The notes: generated by a model not told the origin, from the letters alone. DNA of 64,000 nucleotides from Candidatus Sericytochromatia bacterium (GCA_036676985.1 JAKFBU010000023.1:64001-128000), one strand, 5' to 3'; shown: positions 17,034-26,790, numbered from the stretch's first letter. Numbers and translations: made by a program.

Positions 17034-19598
17034 CTAAACCGTCGGCCTCATCGTGCTGAACAGCGGCAGCTGGCTAATCTCCGTCGCCCCCTCGTCCAGC
17101 GCCGCCTGACGCAAGGACAGGGAGATGCGGTTCCTGCGCTCGATCTCCGTCAGCACCTGACGCGCCCGGTCGATGACGGGCGCCGGCAGGCCGGCCAGGC
17201 GCGCCACCTCGATGCCGTACGAGCGGTCTGCCCCACCGGGCACCACCCGCCGCAAGAAGATGACCTCGTCCGCCGTCTCCTCCACGAGCACCTTGTAGTT
17301 GCGCACGCTCGGCTGGCTCGCGGCCAGCGCCGTGAGCTCGTGGTAGTGGGTGGCGAACAGGGTGCGGGCCTGGACGTGGGTCGCCAGGTATTCGCTCACC
17401 GACCATGCGATCGAGATGCCGTCGAAGGTCGAGGTCCCGCGCCCGATCTCGTCGAGCAGGATGAGCGCCCGCGGGCTCGCGTTGTTGAGGATGTTCGCCG
17501 TCTCGTTCATCTCGACCATGAACGTCGACTGGCCCGTCGCCAGGTCGTCCACCGCCCCCACGCGCGTGAAGATGCGATCCACCAGGCCCACCCGGGCCCG
17601 CCGCGCCGGAACGAACGAGCCCACCTGCGCCATGAGCACGATGAGCGCGATCTGGCGCATGTAGGTGCTCTTGCCCGCCATGTTGGGGCCCGTCAGGATG
17701 ATGAGCTGGCTCGCCTCCGTGTCGAGACGGGTGTCGTTCGGGACGAAGGTGCCCGGCGGCAGGAGCTGCTCGATGACCGGATGGCGCCCGCCCTCGATCT
17801 CGAGCACCGTCGAGTCGTCCACCGCGGGGCAGACGAAGTGCTGGCGCACGGCCACCTCGGCGAACGAGACGAAGACGTCCAGGGCCGCCACGTGGCCCGC
17901 GATCGCCTGCAGCTCCGCCGTCCAGGGCTGCAGCGCGGCGCGCAGGGCGCCGAAGATCTCGTACTCCATGGAGCCGATGCGCTCCTGGGCCGTTAGGATG
18001 GCGCTCTCGCGCTCCTTGAGGACCGGGGTGATGTAGCGCTCGGCGTTGACGAGCGTCTGCTTGCGCTGGTAATCCGCGGGCACCAGGTCCCGGTTGGCGT
18101 GCGTGACCTCGATGAAGTACCCGAAGGTCTTGGAGTAGCTGACCTTCAGGCTCTTGATGCCCGTGCGCTCCTTCTCGGAGGCCTCGAAGGCGGCGAGCCA
18201 GTCCTTGCTGTCCCCGAGCAGCGAGCGGGTCTCGTCCAGCTCGGGGCTGAAGCCGTCCCGCACCAGGCCGCCCTCGGTCAGCGAGATGGGCGGGTGATCG
18301 ATGAGCGTCAGGCGGATCCGGGCCGTCAGCTCGGCGATCTCGGGGGGGATGCCCTCCAGCGCCCGGAGGGCGGGCGCATGACACCCCTGCACCGTCTCCA
18401 CCAGGCCCGGCAGGGCCTCCAGGCTGTCGCGCAGGGCGATGAGGTCTCGGGCGTTGGCCGTGTTGGCCGCAACCCGGCTCGTCAGGCGCTCCAGGTCCCG
18501 GATGGAGCCCAGCAGTTCGCCGAGGCGCATGCGCAGGCCCGGCATGGCCACGAGCTCCTGGACCGCCTGGTGGCGGGCGGCGATCGCATAGGAGTCGAGC
18601 AAAGGATGCAGCAGCCACTGGCGCAGCTTGCGACCGCCCATGGCCGTCTGCGTGTGGTCGAGCACCGAGAGCAAAGAGCCCTTCCAGGCGCCGTCGCGGG
18701 CGGTCTGCGTCAGCTCGAGGTTGCGACGGGTCGCGGGGTCGAGCAGCATGTACTCGGCCAGTCGATAGGTCTGGATGGTCGAGAAGAGGGCGAGCTGCGC
18801 CTTCTGGGTCTCGGCCACGTAGCCCAGCATCGCCCCCGCCGCCATGGTCGCGAGCGGGAACTCGGGCAGGCCGAACCCTTCCAGGCTCCGGACCTTGAAG
18901 TGCTCCGCGATGAGCGCCTTGGCCTTCTCGTGGTTGAAGGTGTAGTCCGGCCGCGGCGTGAGGTTCAGGTGCTCCGGGAAGACGCCGTCCCACGAGGGAT
19001 CCAGCTGGACCGCCTTGAGGCGGCCAGGCGTGCGGCCCCAGGCCATGTTCTGCCAGATGGCCGGGTTGACCGGCACCAGGAGCTCCGCCGGCTGGATGCG
19101 GGCGAGCTCGCCGGCGAGCTGCTGCGCGTCCGAGAGCTGGGTGGCGCGGAACTCGCCCGTGGACATGTCGCAGTAGGCGAGGCCATAGCCTGCGGGCCCC
19201 TTGGCGATCGCCGCCAGGTAGTTGTTCTGCTTCTCGCTCAAGAGGCTGCTCTCGAGCAGGGTGCCCGGCGTGACGAAGCGGACGATCTCGCGCTTGACGA
19301 GGCCCTTGGCGAGCTTGGGGTCCTCCATCTGCTCGCAGATGGCCGCGCGGTAGCCGCGCTCGATGAGCCGGCCCATGTAGTTGTCTAGCGCGTGGTGCGG
19401 CACGCCCGCCATGGGGATGCGATCGCCGCCGCCGCCCTCGCGGCTCGTCAGGGTCAGCTCGAGCTCCCGGCTCGCCAGCACCGCGTCGTCGAAGAACAGC
19501 TCGTAGAAGTCCCCCATGCGGTAGAAGAGCAGCACGTCGGGATGCTGCTGCTTCAAGGACAGGTAATGGGTCATCATGGGCGAGTACTGGGGCTGCAC
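17034..19598 (-). CDS. mutS: DNA mismatch repair protein MutS
   Basis: LFYRMGDFYELF, LTGPNMAGKSTYMRQ, STFMVEM, LDEIGRGTST, FATHYHEL, SYGIEVARLAG. Confidence 0.97.
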   Translation of the reverse strand: MQPQYSPMMTHYLSLKQQHPDVLLFYRMGDFYELFFDDAVLASRELELTLTSREGGGGDRIPMAGVPHHALDNYMGRLIERGYRAAICEQMEDPKLAKGLVKREIVRFVTPGTLLESSLLSEKQNNYLAAIAKGPAGYGLAYCDMSTGEFRATQLSDAQQLAGELARIQPAELLVPVNPAIWQNMAWGRTPGRLKAVQLDPSWDGVFPEHLNLTPRPDYTFNHEKAKALIAEHFKVRSLEGFGLPEFPLATMAAGAMLGYVAETQKAQLALFSTIQTYRLAEYMLLDPATRRNLELTQTARDGAWKGSLLSVLDHTQTAMGGRKLRQWLLHPLLDSYAIAARHQAVQELVAMPGLRMRLGELLGSIRDLERLTSRVAANTANARDLIALRDSLEALPGLVETVQGCHAPALRALEGIPPEIAELTARIRLTLIDHPPISLTEGGLVRDGFSPELDETRSLLGDSKDWLAAFEASEKERTGIKSLKVSYSKTFGYFIEVTHANRDLVPADYQRKQTLVNAERYITPVLKERESAILTAQERIGSMEYEIFGALRAALQPWTAELQAIAGHVAALDVFVSFAEVAVRQHFVCPAVDDSTVLEIEGGRHPVIEQLLPPGTFVPNDTRLDTEASQLIILTGPNMAGKSTYMRQIALIVLMAQVGSFVPARRARVGLVDRIFTRVGAVDDLATGQSTFMVEMNETANILNNASPRALILLDEIGRGTSTFDGISIAWSVSEYLATHVQARTLFATHYHELTALAASQPSVRNYKVLVEETADEVIFLRRVVPGGADRSYGIEVARLAGLPAPVIDRARQVLTEIERRNRISLSLRQAALDEGATEISQLPLFSTMRPTV

Positions 19599-19742
19599 GA
19601 AATCCTCCGAAGGGCGCGATTCATGACCATCGAGCCACCATTCTAACTCCCCGAGCGGCCGAGGAGGGGCTCTTTGGGGGTTTCAAGCAGGGCGTTGTCG
19701 GGTTATGGTGAGGTAGGAACACCCCAGACCAAAGGGCCCACG

Positions 19743-19955
19743 ATGACCACGAAGCAATCACTCGGAAACATGCTCTGGATGGCGACCTTCCTGGCCGCCC
19801 TCACGTCGCCCTTCTGGGGCAGCTGGCACTTCGGGCTGGGCGTGCTGCTCATGGCCATCGCCGCCGAGCTGCGCAAGGAAGTCCATGTGGCCGGACCGGC
19901 CAAGGCCGCCCCCCGCGTCCGCTGGAAGGAGCCCGACGAGGCCGCTAAGGACTAG
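19743..19955 (+). CDS. Small membrane protein (70 aa)
   Basis: Two short hydrophobic helices followed by a charged tail; stop overlaps the stop of the convergent gene. Confidence 0.55.
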   Translation: MTTKQSLGNMLWMATFLAALTSPFWGSWHFGLGVLLMAIAAELRKEVHVAGPAKAAPRVRWKEPDEAAKD

Positions 19956-20929
19956 CCGCCCATCCGCTTCTGGACGGCCAGCGCCTCCTGGACCTGGCTC
20001 GGACGAGCGTAGTTGAGCTCGATGAGGATCTCGCCCAGCCACATGTAGCGGCCGCGCCGCGCCAGCTCCTGCTGACGGCGCAGGGCCGCCTCGAGCTGGA
20101 CCTCCGTGATGATCCCCTTGGCCACCATGTACTCGCCGAACCGGAACTTGGTCTCAGTGCGCTTGGCGAGGTTCTCCAGGCCCGGGTCATGGGCCTGGAA
20201 GCGGATGTAGCCCTCCGTCTGCAGCTGCTCGACGGCCTGGGTGAAGCGTTCGCCCAGGATGTTGAGCATGCCGCTGATGTGGAACAGGCTGCTGTTGCCG
20301 TCCACCTTGCCGAGGATGCGCCAGTTGTCCGCGTCCACCTGCACCCCGCGCAGCGCGGCGTTGGTCTGGATGGAGCGGATGGTGACCTTGCCCTTGTCCG
20401 TGAGCTCGGGAACCCGGCCCATGGGGCCGGCCGGCACCGGGGCCTTGGGCTTGGCGGGAACGGCGGCCTGGGCGGCGGGAGCCCGATTCGGAGCGGCGGC
20501 GGGAACCGCCTGGGCGGCCGCGGCGGGAGGCATCTGGGGAGTGGCGGCCGGCTGCGGGGCGGCAGCCTGCGGGGCGGCAGCCTGCGGAGCGGGCGCCATG
20601 CGGCCCTGGCCCGCAAGGGCCGCCACCTGGCGGAAGACTCCGGCGTTGTCGGGCAGGGCCACCAGGTCGGGATGGCGCATGACCTCGTCGGCAGAGGTCT
20701 GGCGCACGGAGAAGGTGCCGGCGCGCTGCGGCGCGACCTGAACCAGGGCGGGCAGTCCCTGATCCATGGCGCTCCGGGCGCCCACGATCTTGCCCTGCAG
20801 CATGAAGATCTGGCCCCGCTCGATGGCCTCGATGGAGACCTCGCCGTCGAACTTCACGGCCTCCAGGATCCGCACCACCATCTCGATGCGGAAGAAGCTG
20901 AGGTCCCCGGAGAGGATGAGTTTCGCCAT
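19952..20929 (-). CDS. DUF4388/PatA_N + Pro/Ala linker + winged helix + MshEN-like domain protein
   Basis: LSGDLSFF..G.IF..GKIVGA (DUF4388); NWRILGKVDGNSSL..L.QLQTEGYI (wHTH-like); RFGEYMVAKGIITEVQLEAALRRQ..WLGEILIEL (MshEN-like). Confidence 0.8.
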   Translation of the reverse strand: MAKLILSGDLSFFRIEMVVRILEAVKFDGEVSIEAIERGQIFMLQGKIVGARSAMDQGLPALVQVAPQRAGTFSVRQTSADEVMRHPDLVALPDNAGVFRQVAALAGQGRMAPAPQAAAPQAAAPQPAATPQMPPAAAAQAVPAAAPNRAPAAQAAVPAKPKAPVPAGPMGRVPELTDKGKVTIRSIQTNAALRGVQVDADNWRILGKVDGNSSLFHISGMLNILGERFTQAVEQLQTEGYIRFQAHDPGLENLAKRTETKFRFGEYMVAKGIITEVQLEAALRRQQELARRGRYMWLGEILIELNYARPSQVQEALAVQKRMGG

Positions 20930-21262
20930 TGTCTCCTCGTTTCCCTACTCCATCGCTTGCCCGAGCGACGACTACTGGTTGCTTGGACTGGAGAAGCGCG
21001 CGACAAGTTCCCCAGGTCGCGACCCGGTGCCGACGGGGACGGCATCCGGCCATGTGATTATACACCAAACGACCCATCATTACCCATGAGGCCGCACCGC
21101 GTGCCTTTCCGAGGTTCAAAGGGGTCAAGGCGTAAAAATTGTTATCTTCGACACGGAAACTCGTTATGTAAATGTTAGAATGTGCGATGGTTCGCCCGCT
21201 CCTCGGGACCTTCCAGGCCGCGCCCTGCTAGGTTCTCCGGGTTGCGCCGAAGCCAGGATCAA

Positions 21263-22132
21263 ATGGCCACCAAGTACGAGAAACAACTAGAGAAGCTGCT
21301 GGCGCACGTCAAGAGCCTCCACGCGCTCATCGACGAGCGTAGCCAGCAGCTCAAGTACTGGCAAGGCTACGCCGGCAAGCTCCGCGAAGAACGTCAGCGG
21401 CTCGCCAGCGTGATGATCGCGGCTGCGCGCAAGGTCCTCTCGGACGTCGCCCTCAAGTATCGGGCCCTGCGCGAGGAGAACCAGAAGCTCAAGACCTACG
21501 TCGAGCATCAGGAGCAACTGCACCAGAAGTCCCTCTTCCAGCTCAAGAACCAGCTGCAATACGCCCTGTCGCGCATCGACGACCTCTCCCTGGAGCGCAA
21601 GCAGTGGCGGGTCGGCATGCAGCAGCGCCAGCAGCAGATCTGGAAGACGCAGGAGCAGCTGGAGTCGACGCAGCAGGACCTCAGCTCCAAGATCGTCGAC
21701 CTCGAAAAAGCCCTCGAAGCCGAGCGTCTGCGCACGCGCAGCCTCACGGACCGGATCGAGACGGCCGAGCGCCAGATCGAGATCCAGCAGGAGCAGTGGC
21801 AGGACCTCCTCGGCCAAAAGGACGGCCTCGCCGCGCGCCTCCAGGAGACCGAGCACGCCCTCGAAATCGCCCAGCGCACGCTCTCCGAGACCCTGGCAAG
21901 CCAGCAATCGTCGATGGGCCGCGACGTGGACAACCTCCGCGCCCTGGTCATCTCGCTGCAGCGCCAGACGGAGTCCCTGCACGCCGAGATCGCCTCGAAC
22001 CAGGAGACGATCGAGAAGCAGGAGCGTTTCATCGCGGTGCTTAAGGGGGACAAGAACCCTAACATCCGATCCATGACGGACCGGAAGAAAGACCCCCCCC
22101 CTGCAGCGGAGGACCAGACGCAAAGTGGCTAG
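21263..22132 (+). CDS. Long coiled-coil protein
   Basis: Almost entirely Q/E/L/K heptad-like; its end overlaps the pdp start. Confidence 0.75.
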   Translation: MATKYEKQLEKLLAHVKSLHALIDERSQQLKYWQGYAGKLREERQRLASVMIAAARKVLSDVALKYRALREENQKLKTYVEHQEQLHQKSLFQLKNQLQYALSRIDDLSLERKQWRVGMQQRQQQIWKTQEQLESTQQDLSSKIVDLEKALEAERLRTRSLTDRIETAERQIEIQQEQWQDLLGQKDGLAARLQETEHALEIAQRTLSETLASQQSSMGRDVDNLRALVISLQRQTESLHAEIASNQETIEKQERFIAVLKGDKNPNIRSMTDRKKDPPPAAEDQTQSG

Positions 22133-23456
22133 CAACATGACGATCCTGAAGATGATCAAGGACAAGCGCGACGGCCTCGCGCACAGCGCCGAGGAGATCC
22201 GGTGGCTGGTCCAGAACGTGGGCAGCCTTCCCGACTACCAGCTCGCCTCCTGGCTCATGGCCGTCGTCTGCCGGGGCATGACCCTGGACGAGACCACGAC
22301 CCTGACCGAGGCCATGGCCAAGTCGGGCGAGATCATGGACCTCTCCGACGTGCCCGGCGCCAAGGTCGACAAGCACTCGACGGGTGGGGTCGGCGACAAG
22401 GTGACGCTCGTCCTGGCTCCTCTGGCCGCCGCCGCCGGCCTCACGGTCGCCAAGCTCTCCGGCCGCGGCCTCGGCCACACGGGCGGCACCATCGACAAGA
22501 TCGAGGCCATCCCGGGCGCCCACTGCGAGCTGTCCATCGAGCGCTTCAAGCAGCAGCTGCGCGACATCGGCGCGGCGGTGGCCTCCCAGACGGGCGAGCT
22601 GGCCCCGGCGGACGGCGTCCTCTACGCCCTGCGCGACGTGACGGGCACCGTCGAGAGCATCCCCCTCATCGCGGCCTCGGTCCTCTCCAAGAAGATCGCC
22701 GCGGGCGCGGACGTCATCCTCCTGGACGTCAAGACCGGCGCCGGCGCCTTCATGCGCGACGACGCGAGCGCCCGTGAGCTCGCCACCACGATGATGGAAG
22801 TCGGCAAGCGTCTCGGCAAGCACGTCACCTGCGTCGTCAGCGAGATGGGCCAGCCCCTCGGCTCGGCCGTCGGCCATGCCAACGAGGTGGCCGAGGCGAT
22901 CGCCACCCTCAAGGGCGAAGGCCCCAAGGACCTCACGGACCTCTCCGTCTCCCTGGGCGCCCTCCTGCTCGTCGGCGGCGGACTCGCCAAGGACCAGGCG
23001 GAAGGCGAGGCCAAGATGCGCGCGGTCATCGCGGACGGCACCGCCCTCGAGAAGCTGCGCTGCCTGATCCAGGCGCAGGACGGCGACCCGAGCGTCATCG
23101 AGCACCCCGAGAAGATGCCCCAGCCCAAGCTCCGGGTGCCCGTCGAGGCCACCACGGCGGGCTACGTCCAGAACCTCGACGCCCTGTCGGTGGGCCTCGC
23201 GGGCAAGGAGATCGGTGCCGGCCGCCTGGTCAAGGGCGCTCCCATCGACCTGGCCGTCGGCGTGATGCTGCACAAGAAGGTCGGCGACAAGGTCGAGAAG
23301 GGCGAGACGCTCGCCCACCTGCTCGTCAACGACGAGTCCAAGGTGCCGCATGCGTCTGAGGCCCTGCTCAAGGCCTATACCATCGGCCCCGAGCCCACCC
23401 AGGCCGCGCCGCTCATCAAGGCGGTCTACGCCGTGGAGACGGCAGCCGCCAAGTAG
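22125..23456 (+). CDS. pdp: Pyrimidine-nucleoside (thymidine) phosphorylase
   Basis: DKHSTGGVGDK, SGRGLGHTGGTIDK, YALRDVTGTVESIPLIAASVLSKK, LDVKTGAGAFM. Confidence 0.95.
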   Translation: MASNMTILKMIKDKRDGLAHSAEEIRWLVQNVGSLPDYQLASWLMAVVCRGMTLDETTTLTEAMAKSGEIMDLSDVPGAKVDKHSTGGVGDKVTLVLAPLAAAAGLTVAKLSGRGLGHTGGTIDKIEAIPGAHCELSIERFKQQLRDIGAAVASQTGELAPADGVLYALRDVTGTVESIPLIAASVLSKKIAAGADVILLDVKTGAGAFMRDDASARELATTMMEVGKRLGKHVTCVVSEMGQPLGSAVGHANEVAEAIATLKGEGPKDLTDLSVSLGALLLVGGGLAKDQAEGEAKMRAVIADGTALEKLRCLIQAQDGDPSVIEHPEKMPQPKLRVPVEATTAGYVQNLDALSVGLAGKEIGAGRLVKGAPIDLAVGVMLHKKVGDKVEKGETLAHLLVNDESKVPHASEALLKAYTIGPEPTQAAPLIKAVYAVETAAAK

Positions 23457-23480
23457 TCGTACGCCTTTCGGACCCGGCTT

Positions 23481-23513
23481 GCGGGCCCCTCCGTCTGAGA
23501 CGGAGGGGCCCGC
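23481..23513 (+). terminator. Terminator-like hairpin after pdp
   Basis: 15-bp perfect stem GCGGGCCCCTCCGTC-tga-GACGGAGGGGCCCGC, then TTC. Confidence 0.7.
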
Positions 23514-23652
23514 TTCGGCTTGGAGGCCCCGGCGTTAAGAAGCTGTACAGCGGCATCGCAGCCAAGCTTAATGGAACCTTGCCTGGCATTTAACCCGGTC
23601 GGCAGGTCGAGCAACGGATAAGGATCCTGGACCGCCTCGGAGGGATCTTGCC

Positions 23653-24933
23653 ATGACCATCGCCGACAACTCCTACGCCAACGTCCTGCGCCAGCTCCAC
23701 GCGACGCTGGGCGTCGTGCCGCCGGCCTCGTACGTGCCCGTGCAGCCCCCCATGCCGGTCCCCCCGTCGATGACGGGCGACACCCTGGTTCTCGGCAGCT
23801 CCCCGAACGCGGCCACCCTGCGCTCGGGCTACCAGAACCTCTTGAGCCAGTTCTCGACCGTCCTTCACCAGCCGGCGGTCGTAGCTCCCGCCGTCGTGCC
23901 GCCTCCGGCCGTCGAGCCCCCGAAGGCCGAGCCTCCCAAGCCCGAGGCCCCCAAGCCCGAAGCTCCCAAGCCTGAGCCCCCCAAGCCAGAGGCCAAGAAG
24001 GAGGAGCCGGCCAAGGCCGAGGCTCCAAAGCCCGCGCCTCCCGCCCCTGCGCCCGCTCCCACGTACACGGTGCAGTCGGGAGACTCCCTCTCGCGCATCG
24101 CGCAGCGGGCGCTCGGCGACGGCAACCGCTGGCGCGAGCTCTTCGACCTCAACCGGGACCAGATCTCCAACCCCGACGTCATCCACCCGGGCCAGGTGCT
24201 CAAGCTGCCCGGCGGCTCAAGCGCTCCGGCTCCAGCAGCACCCCCTCCCCCGCCGCCCAAGCCCGCCCCCGGTCCGACGTACACCGTCGGCTCGGGCGAC
24301 ACCCTCTCGGGCATCGCCTCGCGAACGCTCGGCGACGGCAACCGCTGGCGCGAGATCTTCGACCTCAACCGCGATCAGCTCTCCAACCCCAACGTCATCC
24401 AGGCGGGTCAGGTCCTCAAGCTGCCGGGCGGCGCCAACGCGGCGGCCCCCGCACCGAGGCCGGCCTCCGGGCGCAACGACGATCGCGGCGCCATCTACGT
24501 CCAGCAGCCGAACGGATGGACCTGCGGGCCCACGAGCCTCACCATGGCGGCTGCGGCCTTCGGCGTGCGCCCGGCGAACCATGCCACGGTCAACGAGCTG
24601 GTGGGCAAGACTCGTACCAGCCCGGCCTACGGCATCCCCGACAACAACGCCATCCCGAACGCCGCCCGCCAGCTCGGCCTGCAGGTCGCCTTCCACGGCA
24701 GGTCCTCGGCGGCCTCCATCCGCGAGGCCCTGAACAAGGGCCATGGCGTGATCCTCAACGGCTCGATCAGCGGCGGAGTGGGGCACTTCATCTACATCGC
24801 CGGCCTGAATGCGGACGGCACGTTCAAGGTCTTCGACCCCTACCGGCCGGCGATCAAGGCCTGGAACGACTCCCAGCTGCATGCCTTCGCCTACGCGACC
24901 GGCCGCGGCTCCATCAGCGAGATCTGGCGCTAG
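23653..24933 (+). CDS. Double-LysM protein with Pro-rich linker and C39-like (papain-fold) peptidase domain
   Basis: Two YTV.SGD.LS.IA.R.LGDGNRWRE.FDLNRDQ LysM repeats; QQPNGWTCGPTS (Cys), GHFI (His), VFDP (Asp); no signal peptide. Confidence 0.85.
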   Translation: MTIADNSYANVLRQLHATLGVVPPASYVPVQPPMPVPPSMTGDTLVLGSSPNAATLRSGYQNLLSQFSTVLHQPAVVAPAVVPPPAVEPPKAEPPKPEAPKPEAPKPEPPKPEAKKEEPAKAEAPKPAPPAPAPAPTYTVQSGDSLSRIAQRALGDGNRWRELFDLNRDQISNPDVIHPGQVLKLPGGSSAPAPAAPPPPPPKPAPGPTYTVGSGDTLSGIASRTLGDGNRWREIFDLNRDQLSNPNVIQAGQVLKLPGGANAAAPAPRPASGRNDDRGAIYVQQPNGWTCGPTSLTMAAAAFGVRPANHATVNELVGKTRTSPAYGIPDNNAIPNAARQLGLQVAFHGRSSAASIREALNKGHGVILNGSISGGVGHFIYIAGLNADGTFKVFDPYRPAIKAWNDSQLHAFAYATGRGSISEIWR

Positions 24934-25030
24934 GCGGGCTTTCGATTAAGCCCCCGCCATCACGGGTATTGATCCTTCGCTGCATGCCGGGGGATCGACA
25001 GCCCCTGCGTGCAGCTGGAAGGGGGACCAG

Positions 25031-26674
25031 ATGGCCATTTCCGGCAACCGCATGCGGCTCGGGGAGATCCTGATCAAGGCCGGGATCCTGACCGAGGACC
25101 AGCTCAACCACGGACTCGCCAAGCAGCAGCACACCCGGGAGCCTATCGGCGAGATCCTGATCCAGCTCGGCTACGTCACCGAGTCGCAGATCAAGCACGC
25201 GCTCGAGCTGCAGTACGGCGTCAAGAGCTTCGAGTTCAAGAGCAAGGTCCCCACCGAGCTCACCCGGCTCATCCCCGAGAACATGATCAAGCAGCACAAG
25301 ATCCTGCCGGTCTCCATCTCGCAGATGACCGTCGCCATGGTCGATCCGGGCAACATCCTCGCCCTGGACGACCTGCGGCTGCGCTTCAAGGGCGTCTCCA
25401 TCCAGCCGGTCGTCATCACCGAGGCCGAGTTCCGCGAGGTGATGAAGAGCCTGCCCCACGAGCAGGTAGGCCATGCCGAAGAGGGCCCGGAGTCCACCGC
25501 CACGGCCGAAGAGCAGACGGCCTCGCAGCTCGCCATGGCCATCCTTTCCACCGCCCTGCGCCGAAAGGCCACCGAGATCATCCTGGAGCCGCACGAGTTC
25601 GAGACCTCGGTGCGGTTCCGGATCGACGGCGCCCTCGTCCAGGAGCCCTCGGTCACCACCCGCGTGGCCGCAAGCCTCGTCGCACGCTTCAAGGTGATGG
25701 CCGAGCTCGCCCTGACGGCGGGCAACGTGCCCCAGGCGGGCACCATCAAGACCCACCACGAGGGCCGTGCGGTAAACGTGTTCCTGCGATCGCTGCCGGT
25801 CCGGCACGGCCAGCTCCTGACGCTGCGCCTCTTCGACCATGCGGCGGTGAACGACGCCACCCTCGACAACCTGGTCCTGCACCCAGCAGCGGCCGCGGGC
25901 ATCCGCAAGATGCTCCACGCCTCGGCCGGCCTGATCCTCCTCAACGGCCCCAAGCACTCGGGCAAGTCCACGCTCTTCCACGCCATCCTGAAGGAGGGCC
26001 TCAAGGGCCAGCGCAGCATCCTCAGCTTCGGCCAGCTCCACCACGACCTGGACGGCATCTCCCAGGTGCCCGTGGATGCCCAGCGCCCGGACACGACCCT
26101 GACGCAGATTCTCGAACAGGCCCCGGATCTGCTCGCGTTCCCCTCCTTGACGGATGCGGGCCTCGCCAAGCACCTGGTCCACGGGGCGCTCGCGGGCAAT
26201 GCGGCGGTGGTCGGGGTGCCGACGGCTCAGCGCTTCCTCCATCAGCTCCACGACCTCAGCGAGCTGCCGGCGCGCACGGTCGCCAACGCGGTCGCGGGCG
26301 TGGTCACAGTAAGGCTGGTACGCAAGCTCTGCGACAAGTGCAAGGTCCCCTACCAGCCGGACGACCAGACGGCCGCGTACTTCAAGACCCTGAACGAGAC
26401 GGGCAGGCTGCACCGCGCGGTGGGGTGCCCCGAGTGCCACGAGACGGGCTTCAGCGGGCAGGTTGGCATCTACGGCGCGCTGCCCTTCGACGCCCAGGTC
26501 CGGACCATGGTGGCCACCAACAGCCCGCAGTCTCAGATCGAGCAGTACGGCAAGCAGAAGGGCTATTTGCCGCTTCACGACTACGCCTCATGGGTCGCCG
26601 CCCAGGGACTCACGACCCTCGAGGAGCTCGCGCGGACCGATCTCTTCGACCGGGTGGCGGACGATCCGGTCTAG
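25031..26674 (+). CDS. GspE/PilB-family protein with MshEN domain and degenerate ATPase motifs
   Basis: RLGEILIKAG..LAKQ..IGEILIQLG MshEN tandem; VAMVDP; VRFRIDG; Walker A GPKHSGKST; RLVRKLCDKC..GCPEC..GFSG. Walker B, Asp box and His boxes are lost. Confidence 0.85.
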   Translation: MAISGNRMRLGEILIKAGILTEDQLNHGLAKQQHTREPIGEILIQLGYVTESQIKHALELQYGVKSFEFKSKVPTELTRLIPENMIKQHKILPVSISQMTVAMVDPGNILALDDLRLRFKGVSIQPVVITEAEFREVMKSLPHEQVGHAEEGPESTATAEEQTASQLAMAILSTALRRKATEIILEPHEFETSVRFRIDGALVQEPSVTTRVAASLVARFKVMAELALTAGNVPQAGTIKTHHEGRAVNVFLRSLPVRHGQLLTLRLFDHAAVNDATLDNLVLHPAAAAGIRKMLHASAGLILLNGPKHSGKSTLFHAILKEGLKGQRSILSFGQLHHDLDGISQVPVDAQRPDTTLTQILEQAPDLLAFPSLTDAGLAKHLVHGALAGNAAVVGVPTAQRFLHQLHDLSELPARTVANAVAGVVTVRLVRKLCDKCKVPYQPDDQTAAYFKTLNETGRLHRAVGCPECHETGFSGQVGIYGALPFDAQVRTMVATNSPQSQIEQYGKQKGYLPLHDYASWVAAQGLTTLEELARTDLFDRVADDPV

Positions 26675-26790
26675 GGGCGAGTTTCGGCCAAAACAGCGAC
26701 CAAGCGGCACTTGGGAGCTATAATGTCAGCGGTCCCTGGCATCAGGCCGGGGCCTGCGTTTTATGGAAGACCGCTAACAAGGAGCGAGCC

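Noticed and set aside
10394-23659. Identical 18-mer GGGATCTTGCCATGACCA at two gene starts (10394-10411 and 23642-23659)
   Set aside because: It consists largely of RBS, spacer and start codons, and similarity does not extend either side. Probably coincidence.
23900-24060. Short tandem repeats encoding PKPEA/PKAEP (also at 20550-20590 and 57510-57590)
   Set aside because: They are in-frame degenerate Pro-rich linkers, not phase-variable tracts or arrays.
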